Under the pieces are notes generated by a model. It had not been told where the DNA came from and searched no databases. It worked only from the letters and a program-made list of their open reading frames with translations. The position numbers and the translations under genes were made by a program. 64,000 bases of DNA, taken from a bacterium. GTDB lineage: Bacteria; Bacillota; Sulfobacillia; UBA995. Positions 37,472-45,459 of the stretch are shown here, piece after piece. Every line of letters begins with the position of its first letter. The stretch's first letter is position 1. The stretch lies in NCBI GenBank assembly GCA_031082145.1, contig JAVHLP010000001.1, positions 301,831-365,830 on the forward strand, given 5' to 3'.

Positions 37472-38662
37472 ATGTTTGACCAGTTCCGATTGGCTCCTGT
37501 TCTGCTTCAGAACGCCCGCGGGCAAGGCTATCGTACCCCAACCCCCGTTCAGACGGCAGCCATTCCGCCGGCGACGGCCGGCCTGGACGTGGTGGCCACC
37601 GCCGAAACAGGCAGCGGCAAGACCGCGGCCTTTGTGCTGCCCCTGCTTCACCGCCTGCTGAAGACAGATCGGGGCGGCGTCCGGGGCCTGATCCTCTGCC
37701 CCACCCGGGAGATAGCCCTGCAGACCGAAGAGGAAATACGCAAGCTCGGCCGGGCCACCGGGCTGCGAAGCGTCGCCATCTATGGTGGGGTGGGTTATGA
37801 ACCCCAGTTCCAGGCCTTGCGGAGCGGTGTGGACATCGTGGTAGCGACGCCCGGCCGCTTGCTGGATCACCTGGAGCGGAAGACCGTGCGCCTGCAGGAA
37901 GTGCAGACGCTGGTCCTGGACGAGGCTGACCGCATGCTCGACATGGGCTTCCTGCCCGACCTGAAGCGCATCATCGGCCATCTCCCCGCCGTCCGTCAGA
38001 ACCTGCTGTATTCCGCCACCATGCCCGACGACATCCTGGCCCTCACCAACCGCTTGATGAAGCAGCCTGTGCGGGTGGCCATAGGGCGGCTGACCACGCC
38101 CCCCAGCACGGTGGAGCAGTCACTCTACCATGCCTCCCAGCAGGAGAAGACCCAACTGCTCATCCGCCTGCTGCGGGCCCGGGAGGCCGAGAGCGTCCTG
38201 GTGTTCACCCGCACGAAGCACCGGGCCGACCGCCTGACCCGGCAGTTGATCCAGGCGGGCCTCGGAGCCGCCGCCATTCACGGCAACCGCTCCCAGCGAC
38301 AGCGCGAGGCCGCCCTTGCCGGCTTCCGCCGCGGGAGCTTCCGAGTCCTGGTGGCCACCGACATTGCCGCCCGGGGCCTGGACGTCAAGGGGATAACCCA
38401 CGTCATTAACTATGACCTCCCGTCGGTCGCCGAGGACTACGTCCACCGGATCGGGCGGACCGCCCGGGCCGGCGCCCAGGGTTACGCTGTGAGCCTAGTG
38501 ACCGATGATGATCTCGGGGCCTTGGCGGACATCGAGCGCGCCCTCGGGCAACGCATCCGCCAGGCAGGCGCTCCATCGGCGATCTTGGCGTCAAGGTCCC
38601 GCCAGCCAGAGCTTGACCAGGGCGGCGGCCATGCCCGGCCAGTTCTGCGCCCTTGTCGCTGA
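37472..38662 (+). CDS. DEAD-box ATP-dependent RNA helicase.
   Basis: Q-motif GYRTPTPVQ, AETGSGKT, PTRELA, DEAD, SAT and HRIGRTAR motifs. The ORF-track N-terminus (37424) is probably 16 codons too long. Confidence 0.85.
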   Translation: MFDQFRLAPVLLQNARGQGYRTPTPVQTAAIPPATAGLDVVATAETGSGKTAAFVLPLLHRLLKTDRGGVRGLILCPTREIALQTEEEIRKLGRATGLRSVAIYGGVGYEPQFQALRSGVDIVVATPGRLLDHLERKTVRLQEVQTLVLDEADRMLDMGFLPDLKRIIGHLPAVRQNLLYSATMPDDILALTNRLMKQPVRVAIGRLTTPPSTVEQSLYHASQQEKTQLLIRLLRAREAESVLVFTRTKHRADRLTRQLIQAGLGAAAIHGNRSQRQREAALAGFRRGSFRVLVATDIAARGLDVKGITHVINYDLPSVAEDYVHRIGRTARAGAQGYAVSLVTDDDLGALADIERALGQRIRQAGAPSAILASRSRQPELDQGGGHARPVLRPCR

Positions 38663-38696
38663 ACTCATGCTGGCCACGCGAGCCACGCGAGCCACG

Positions 38697-38725
38697 TTGA
38701 CAAAGAACTGGTCGCGGGGTAAGAT
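38697..38725 (+). promoter_or_regulatory. Promoter for tRNA-Pro.
   Basis: TTGACA (38697..38702), 17 nt, TAAGAT (38720..38725), ~30 nt upstream of the tRNA 5' end. Confidence 0.5.
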
Positions 38726-38756
38726 CGAAAGCGAAGCTGCAGGGTCTTGATGTCGT

Positions 38757-38833
38757 CGGGGTGTGGCTCAGCTTGGTAGAGCGCCTGGTTCGGGACCAGG
38801 AGGCCGGCGGTTCAAATCCGCCCACTCCGACCA
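38757..38833 (+). tRNA. tRNA-Pro, anticodon CGG.
   Basis: Folded by hand: acceptor CGGGGUG/CACUCCG (one G-U), D-stem GCUC/GAGC, anticodon stem CCUGG/CCAGG with loop UUCGGGA (C34 G35 G36, G37), variable AGGCC, T-arm GGCGG-UUCAAAU-CCGCC, discriminator A, encoded CCA. 77 nt. Confidence 0.9.
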
Positions 38834-38855
38834 GAAAATGAGTGCTTGACTGTGT

Positions 38856-38890
38856 GAGGAGGTCGCCCACCCGGGCGGCCTCTCTGCGTT
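38856..38890 (+). terminator. Intrinsic terminator after tRNA-Pro.
   Basis: 11-bp GC-rich stem GGAGGUCGCCC-ACCC-GGGCGGCCUCU (38858..38883), followed by a U/C-rich CUGCGUUCUC. Confidence 0.45.
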
Positions 38891-39130
38891 CTCGGGCTCG
38901 AGCCGGTCTACCGCCGCATGAACGTCGCTGACCGGGCCGGCGGCGACTAGAAGGCAGCAGGGTTGACGCAAACGCAGGTGCAGCCGTTACGCAGTCCGGC
39001 CGGCCGGTCCCCGATCCGGCGGCAGGATACCTCCAGCAACGAACCGAAGGATCACAACAACCTGCAACCTGATAGCTCAGGCGCAGTCTCCATTCTGGCT
39101 TCGACCGCCACAGGAAGGGTGGGGTTCTTC

Positions 39131-40753
39131 TTGTTCTGCAACCAGTGTGAGCAAACGGCTCGCGGAATAGCGTGTACCACGGGTGGGGTCTGTGGAAAGA
39201 GCCCGGATGTGGCAGCGCTTCAAGATCTCCTGATTCACGGTGTGAAGGAGCTCTCCGCGCTCGCGGTGGCGGCGCGAGAACTCGGGGTCGTCGACGCCGA
39301 GGTCAACCGCTTTGTCTGCGAAGGCCTGTTCCTAACGGTCACCAACGTCAGCTTCGATCCCGAACGCCTGGGAGAGAGCGTCCACCGCGCCGCCGAACTC
39401 ACCGCTGCCCTCAAGGACAGATTGGCGCAAGCTGGGGGTAAGGCGCCGCCCTCGAAGTCAGCCGCTTTCAGGCCGGCCGGCGACCTGGCCGCCATGGTCG
39501 AACAGGGTCAGGCGTTGGGACCACCGGTGGCGTACGACCCTGGCTGCGACACCAGTTCGCTCCAGCTGACCACGCTATACGGCTACAAGGGTGTAGCCGC
39601 CTACGCTTACCATGCCTCCTTGTTGGGCGAGGAAGACGATGCGGTCTACGCCAGCATGCAGGGCGCTCTCGCTCAGTTGCTGAGCGAGGCCGATGAGCAG
39701 CGATGGTTGCAACTCCTGCTTGAGTGCGGCAAGGCCAACCTGCTGGCTATGGAGCTCCTGGACCGGGGTCACACCGGGCGCTATGGCCATCCAGTGCCAA
39801 CCCGGGTTCCTCTTGGCCCCAAGCAGGGCAAGTGTATCCTGGTATCCGGGCACGACCTGCTTGACCTGGAGGCCGTCCTGCAAGCTACCGCGGACAAGGG
39901 CGTTGACGTCTACACGCACGGCGAGATGCTCCCGGCCCACGGCTACCCCCGGCTGAAGGCCTACCCGCACTTCTACGGTCACTACGGAACCGCCTGGCAT
40001 AACCAGGCCCGGGAGTTCGCCGGGTTTCCCGGCGCCATCATCATGACCACCAACTGCATTCAGAAGCCCCGCCCGGCGTACGCCGGCAACATCTTCACCT
40101 CCGGCCCGGTAGGCTGGCCCGGCATCCCCCACCTGCACGGAGACTTCTCCCCGGCCGTCCAGAAGGCGCTGGCGATGCCCGGTTTCAGCGCCGCCGAGGA
40201 CCGGGGCAGTGTGACAGTGGGCTTCGGCCACCGTACGGTGCTGGCTCGTGCCGGCCAGGTTCTGGAGGCCATTCGTGCCGGCCGGCTTAAGCACATCTTC
40301 CTGGTGGGCGGCTGCGACGGGGCCCGGGAGTCCCGCTCGTACTACTCGAGCCTGGTCTCCAGGTTGCCGGGGGACGCCCTGGTGCTGACCCTGGCCTGCG
40401 GCAAGTATCGTTTCTTCGACCAGGACCTGGGCACCATTGGGGAGTTGCCCCGCCTCCTGGACATCGGCCAGTGCAACGACGCCTTCTCGGCCGTCCGGAT
40501 CGCCGGGGCTCTGGCCGAGGCCCTGGACTGCGGGATCAACGATCTGCCGCTCTCACTCGTCGTGTCCTGGTATGAGCAGAAGGCGGTGGGAGTGCTCCTG
40601 ACCCTCCTCTACCTCGGGGTCAGGAACATACACCTGGGCCCCACCTTGCCGGCATTTGTCTCACCAGGCGTCTTGCGCATGCTGGCCGATGAGTTCAACC
40701 TGCGGCCGATAACATCGCCCGAGCAAGATCTTGCCGCCATGATCGGCGGGTAG
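39131..40753 (+). CDS. hcp: Hydroxylamine reductase / hybrid-cluster protein.
   Basis: N-terminal (M)FCNQCEQTARG...C...GVCGK cysteine motif of Hcp, with full-length collinearity (~540 aa). The likely start is TTG at 39131 (GGAAGGGTGGGG 6 nt upstream). The ORF-track N-terminal 56 codons are probably leader. Confidence 0.85.
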   Translation: MFCNQCEQTARGIACTTGGVCGKSPDVAALQDLLIHGVKELSALAVAARELGVVDAEVNRFVCEGLFLTVTNVSFDPERLGESVHRAAELTAALKDRLAQAGGKAPPSKSAAFRPAGDLAAMVEQGQALGPPVAYDPGCDTSSLQLTTLYGYKGVAAYAYHASLLGEEDDAVYASMQGALAQLLSEADEQRWLQLLLECGKANLLAMELLDRGHTGRYGHPVPTRVPLGPKQGKCILVSGHDLLDLEAVLQATADKGVDVYTHGEMLPAHGYPRLKAYPHFYGHYGTAWHNQAREFAGFPGAIIMTTNCIQKPRPAYAGNIFTSGPVGWPGIPHLHGDFSPAVQKALAMPGFSAAEDRGSVTVGFGHRTVLARAGQVLEAIRAGRLKHIFLVGGCDGARESRSYYSSLVSRLPGDALVLTLACGKYRFFDQDLGTIGELPRLLDIGQCNDAFSAVRIAGALAEALDCGINDLPLSLVVSWYEQKAVGVLLTLLYLGVRNIHLGPTLPAFVSPGVLRMLADEFNLRPITSPEQDLAAMIGG

Positions 40754-40960
40754 AGCAGTACAAGGTAGTTCACGTCTATCGCAGGTATTGGCGACCTGTT
40801 TCACGGTGAGGGGCAGGTCGACTTGTGGCCGATGCCCGGCGACGACCCTGACCAGATAGGTGGTCATGAGCTGGCCGGGCATCCCGCTTCCAGTGGAGGA
40901 CGTGAAGCGGGCGATACGGGGCCCGACCGGTGCTGATCCCGCGGGCTCGGGCGAGTACGC

Positions 40961-41404
40961 TCACCGGCCTGCCATCTGGTAGAGCATTAGCCGGCGCCCG
41001 AGGGCGCGGATGGCGGCAGCTCGGACCGTGGGGTGGGGATCCTCGGACGCCTGGGCCAGCGCCCGGTCAACCATCCCAACGTCATAATCCGGCTCCCCGG
41101 CGCGGGCCAGCGCTCCAGCCACTACAGCCCGAACCTCAGGCGAAGCGGCAGCGTCACCTAGCTTCGCCAGCAGACTGACCACGCCCTCGTAGTCGGCGAC
41201 CTTGAGCAGGGCCTCGGTCGCAGCCCGGCTTACACTCAGGTCCCTGTCGTTTAGAGCCTCGACCAGAGCGGATAGGGCCGGCGACGGAACGGAGTCCAGC
41301 CGGGCCATTGCCTCGCAGGCCGCGCGGCGCACGATCACCAACGGGTCCTTGACGGCGTTCCGGAGCTTACGAAAAGGAATGATATCCCACACCGGTTCGA
41401 CCAT
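40961..41404 (-). CDS. HEAT-repeat (PBS-lyase-like) protein.
   Basis: Repeated DP/DxxVRxxAxxALxxxG HEAT-like units (DPLVIVRRAACEAMARL, DRDLSVSRAATEALLKV, SPEVRAVVAGALARAG, HPTVRAAAIRALG). ATG at 41404 with GGGAGGG 6 nt upstream. The ORF-track N-terminus is overextended. Confidence 0.6.
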   Translation of the reverse strand: MVEPVWDIIPFRKLRNAVKDPLVIVRRAACEAMARLDSVPSPALSALVEALNDRDLSVSRAATEALLKVADYEGVVSLLAKLGDAAASPEVRAVVAGALARAGEPDYDVGMVDRALAQASEDPHPTVRAAAIRALGRRLMLYQMAGR

Positions 41405-41642
41405 GCCCCGCCCTCCCTTCGGCCCTGGCAACCGGGGCGCCACGGGCCTCGCACGGACTGGAAGGTTCCACCATGCCGGGGCTTGTTCCTGCCGCGCCCG
41501 CAACATGCCCGGGTTGACGGGCCGGGGCGGCCCCCGCTGGGTGCGGAGGCATGCCGTCGTCCGGGCGGAAGGTGCGGCAGGGGATCGGGCAGAATCCAGC
41601 GGTCTGGGCGCGATCGACAAGAAGGCTCGGGGAGGTCAGGTC

Positions 41643-43454
41643 ATGGCCAAGCGGTTGACCCGCCAGCAAGTCCCAGCAGAAGAGACCTGGAACCTGGATG
41701 ACCTGTTCGCATCGACCGAAGCTTGGGAAGCCGAACTGGCTTCCTTGGAGGCCGCGGCAGCCGGCGTGACCGCCTTCAAGGGGAAGCTCGGCGACGGCCC
41801 GGCCGCGCTGCTGGCGTGCCTCGAAGCGGCAGAGGCACTGGAGATCAAGGCCACCCGCATCGCCACCTTTGCCCGGCTCAAGATCGCCGGCGACGGGACC
41901 TGTCCGGCGAACCAGGCTGCGGCCGGCCGGGTAGGCGCCTTACTGGCCAGGTTGGGTGCCGAGTCCTCGTTCGTCAAGTCGGAGATCCTGGAGTTGCCGG
42001 AGGGAGCGATAAACCGGTACCTCGAGGAGGAGCCCGGATTGGCCCCTTTCCGGCGTAAGCTGGAGGAGATCCTCGAGTTGAGGCCCCACCGGCTCACCCC
42101 GGATGCTGAGACCGCGGTGGCCGCATTGGGCGAGGTACTCAACGCTCCTTATACCATCTACAGCCGGGCCAAGAGCAGCGACATGGAGTTCGAGCCCTTC
42201 GTGGACCCAGAGGGACGACAGGTCCCGAACTCCTTTGCCCTGTACGAATCCTGGTACGAACAGTCTCCGCAGGCGGCAGTGCGCCGGGCGGCCTATGCCT
42301 CCTTTGTCCGAGGGCTAGAGCGATACCAGAACACGTTCGCGGCTACCTTCGCCGCCGAGATCGCCAAGAACGTGACCCTCGCCCGCCTCCGGCGTTATCC
42401 ATCGGCAACCCACATGCTGCTGCACCCGCAGCAGGTGCCGCCGGAGACGTACGAGAGGGTCCTGGATATCATCCAGGAGGAACTCGCACCCGTCATGCGC
42501 CGGTACGCGAACCTGCGGCGGAGGGAGCTGGGGCTGGACAAGCTCTACTACTGCGACATCAAGGCCCCCCTGGACCCCGACTACAAGCCGGGCTGCACCT
42601 TCGAAGAGGCGGCGGCCCTGATCGGGGAGGCTCTTGCCGTGCTGGGTCCCGAGTACGGCCAGATCCTGAAGGCTGCCTTCGAGTGCCGCTGGATCGACCG
42701 GGCCGACAACGTTGGCAAGTCAACCGGGGCCTTCTGCTCAACCGCCTATGGAGTCCACTCCTACATCCTCGTGACCTGGACGGAAACCATGCGGTCGGCC
42801 TTCACGCTGGCCCACGAGCTTGGCCACGCGGGCCACTTCATGATCGCCGGCCGCTACCAGCGTCATGCGAATGTCCGTCCCTCCATGTTCTTCACCGAGG
42901 CGCCCTCGACGATGAACGAGATCATCCTCGGCAACCACATCCTGGCCGGTTCGGATGACCCCCGGATCCGCCGCTGGGTGATCATGCAGCTCCTGGGCAC
43001 CTTCCACCACAACTTCGTGACCCACCTCCTGGAGGGGGAACTCCAGCGGCGGATCTACGCCATGGCCGAGGCGGGATTGCCGATCACGGCCAAGGTGCTC
43101 TCCGAGACCAAGGGGGATCTTCTGGCCGCCTTCTGGGGCGACGCGGTGGAGATCGACGACGGCGCCCGGCTCACCTGGATGCGCCAGCCTCACTACTACA
43201 TGGGACTATATCCCTACACCTACGCGGCCGGGCTGGCGGCCGCCGTCGCCGTCTACCAGAGGATCCAGCGGGAGGGCCAGCCGGCGGTGGAGAATTGGCT
43301 CCGGGCCCTGAAGGCCGGCGGCACCCTAAAGCCGATGGAACTCATGCGAGTGGCCGGCGTGGACATGACCGGCCCGGACCCCATCCGGGAGGCCGTGCTC
43401 CTCGTCGGGACACTCGTGGATGAACTGGAGTCGAGCTTCGGGGCAGCCACCTAG
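41643..43454 (+). CDS. pepF: Oligoendopeptidase F (M3B family).
   Basis: HELGHAGHF zinc motif in an M3B-type ~600-aa frame. ATG at 41643 with GGGGAGG 8 nt upstream. The ORF-track N-terminus overlaps the divergent HEAT gene. Confidence 0.85.
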   Translation: MAKRLTRQQVPAEETWNLDDLFASTEAWEAELASLEAAAAGVTAFKGKLGDGPAALLACLEAAEALEIKATRIATFARLKIAGDGTCPANQAAAGRVGALLARLGAESSFVKSEILELPEGAINRYLEEEPGLAPFRRKLEEILELRPHRLTPDAETAVAALGEVLNAPYTIYSRAKSSDMEFEPFVDPEGRQVPNSFALYESWYEQSPQAAVRRAAYASFVRGLERYQNTFAATFAAEIAKNVTLARLRRYPSATHMLLHPQQVPPETYERVLDIIQEELAPVMRRYANLRRRELGLDKLYYCDIKAPLDPDYKPGCTFEEAAALIGEALAVLGPEYGQILKAAFECRWIDRADNVGKSTGAFCSTAYGVHSYILVTWTETMRSAFTLAHELGHAGHFMIAGRYQRHANVRPSMFFTEAPSTMNEIILGNHILAGSDDPRIRRWVIMQLLGTFHHNFVTHLLEGELQRRIYAMAEAGLPITAKVLSETKGDLLAAFWGDAVEIDDGARLTWMRQPHYYMGLYPYTYAAGLAAAVAVYQRIQREGQPAVENWLRALKAGGTLKPMELMRVAGVDMTGPDPIREAVLLVGTLVDELESSFGAAT

Positions 43455-43481
43455 ACTCCTCGCCATGCGAGGCGCCCGGCC

Positions 43482-43910
43482 CTAGTCCCGGTGGGCGGCC
43501 AGGCAACGAGCGGCTCGCTCCAGGACGTCCCGGTTCTCCGGGTAGTACGACCGGGTCAGGGCCTTTTCCACCGGCAGCCAGGCCACCTCGGCCACTTCTC
43601 CCGGGTTGGCCCGGGCCTGCCCACCGGTGGCGTCCACCAGGTAGTAAGTGACCGTCTTGGCGACTTCCCGCAGGCCGCCATCGAGGTAGGTATAATGCGA
43701 CACACCCACGACGGCCCGGATCTCCCCGGCAATCCCCGTTTCCTCCTTGATCTCCCGTAGGGCGGCCTGGGCTAGCTCTTCCCCTGGGTTCAGCCTACCC
43801 TTGGGTAGGGTCCAGCAACCGAACCGGTCCCGGATCATCAGCACCTCCGGACCCCCGGCCGCTCGCCGGAAAACCACTCCACCGGCCGCGATTTCGCTCT
43901 CCATGGGCAC
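43482..43910 (-). CDS. Nudix hydrolase.
   Basis: Nudix box GRLNPGEELAQAALREIKEETGI. 142 aa. Confidence 0.8.
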   Translation of the reverse strand: MPMESEIAAGGVVFRRAAGGPEVLMIRDRFGCWTLPKGRLNPGEELAQAALREIKEETGIAGEIRAVVGVSHYTYLDGGLREVAKTVTYYLVDATGGQARANPGEVAEVAWLPVEKALTRSYYPENRDVLERAARCLAAHRD

Positions 43911-45263
43911 CTACCGCAGCAGCTTCACGTAGAGGACCCCGTCGGCATCATACAGCACGCCCTGCCTCGCCCGGACCTTGACCTCGGGGATATCCAGGGC
44001 CAGCCCACCGGTGAACTCAGCCGGGATCTGCAGGGTGAAAGGGCGCCGGTCGCCCTCAAAGCGCAACCGCCCGGGTCGGGTTGCCACCTGCAGGAGTCCG
44101 GTGAGACGGTCCTCCAGCAGCCGCACCCCTCCAAACTCCAACGTGGTTGGCCCAAAGCGGAAACTACAGGGCCCATGGTACAGGAGGATGTGGTTCTTGA
44201 GGGGCTCCACCCGCCGGTGCCCGGTCACCAGCGCCGGGTCAAGGGCCGATACGTCAAAGACGAGCTTGAGGCCTGACGTATGGAATAGCTCGGCCAGCAG
44301 TTGCTCCCGCCGCCCGGCCAGGTCGCGCAACCACTGCCGTTCCTGCAACACTTCCTCGAAGTAGCCATGGCGCTCCTTGGCCCGCAGTAGGACGGCCTCG
44401 TCGTTGTCGCCACCGTCAAAGGCCACCTTGCGCTCCACCAGATCGTCGAGGGACACGGTGGGGCCAAGCTCGGCCGCCCATCCGGGGTACACCCGGTCCA
44501 GGCACAGGGCCAGGGCCATGCCGGTGTGGGCAAACCGCGAGGCTCCCCGGTTCATGGCCCGCAACCCCTCGTAGCGGGAACCCAGGACCTCCTGAAACCC
44601 GGCATGGCCACCCGTCAGCGCTCGGAACGCGGCCGTCGGCCGGTAGTGAGCGGTGGTCGCGGCCAGGAAAGCCCGCAGCTCGATGTACAGCCCCAGGCCG
44701 AGCCGTATCTCGCATGCTTGTTCGACGGCCACCAGGGCGTCGTCCAGGCGCTCCCGCCGCTCCCGGCGGACCAGGGCGAAGGCGGTCAGGGCTTCATCTC
44801 CGGCGCCGCCGGTGAGGAGATCGTGCAACAGCATGCCCTCGATCCGGCCGAGGACGTTGTTGGTGGCCGAGGCCTCGGGGTACCGGCCGGCGGCCCCGGG
44901 GTACGGCGGGACCCGCCCGGCACGGTGGAAGGCAAAGGCCTCGCGCAGGATCAAGCCGACGAACTCAGCCGGTCCCTGGGGGTGCTCGGAGTCCAGAGCG
45001 TTTGTCGTCACCAGGGCGGCGAGAGGGTCGTCACCGGCTTGAGCGGGACCTCGGTAAAGGGGGAGAGCCCACCCGTCGAAGGACCGAAAGCCCTCCCGGG
45101 CGCCGTTGGTCCCTACGAGGTAGCTACAGTCATCACCGGCCAGAAGGATGGGGGTGGAAGCCAGATCCCATCCCGGCCACAAGGGCCCGGCCTGCTCCTC
45201 CAGGTGGTAGGCCTCACCCACACAGGCCAGGGAGGCCGTCTTAGCATCGGATCGGGTGGCCAT
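43911..45263 (-). CDS. Hypothetical protein (450 aa), translationally coupled to the Nudix gene.
   Basis: Long minus-strand ORF with no internal stops. Its stop abuts the Nudix start. No recognisable motif by eye. Confidence 0.5.
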   Translation of the reverse strand: MATRSDAKTASLACVGEAYHLEEQAGPLWPGWDLASTPILLAGDDCSYLVGTNGAREGFRSFDGWALPLYRGPAQAGDDPLAALVTTNALDSEHPQGPAEFVGLILREAFAFHRAGRVPPYPGAAGRYPEASATNNVLGRIEGMLLHDLLTGGAGDEALTAFALVRRERRERLDDALVAVEQACEIRLGLGLYIELRAFLAATTAHYRPTAAFRALTGGHAGFQEVLGSRYEGLRAMNRGASRFAHTGMALALCLDRVYPGWAAELGPTVSLDDLVERKVAFDGGDNDEAVLLRAKERHGYFEEVLQERQWLRDLAGRREQLLAELFHTSGLKLVFDVSALDPALVTGHRRVEPLKNHILLYHGPCSFRFGPTTLEFGGVRLLEDRLTGLLQVATRPGRLRFEGDRRPFTLQIPAEFTGGLALDIPEVKVRARQGVLYDADGVLYVKLLR

Positions 45264-45459
45264 GTCGCCTCCAGGAGATCGCCGTCGGCTATATTCTTGT
45301 CTGGGCCGGGCATAATCCTGCCTTCGGCGGGGCGGACAGAAAGCGGATCCCTGGGCTGTGGCGCGAATTACCAGCCGGCTGAGACCAGGACCCCCTCATG
45401 CGCTCTCCTCCCCGCGATGTATATGACAGGAGCCCCTGGAACAAGGAGGTTATCCTGAC

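Noticed and set aside
38963-39130. First 56 codons of the 596-aa hcp ORF
   Set aside because: Hcp proteins begin MFC(x)QCEQT. A TTG with a good RBS at 39131 gives exactly that N-terminus. The upstream residues are Ser/Pro-rich leader.
39575-40294. 239-aa minus-strand ORF inside hcp
   Set aside because: Antisense to hcp. No motifs.
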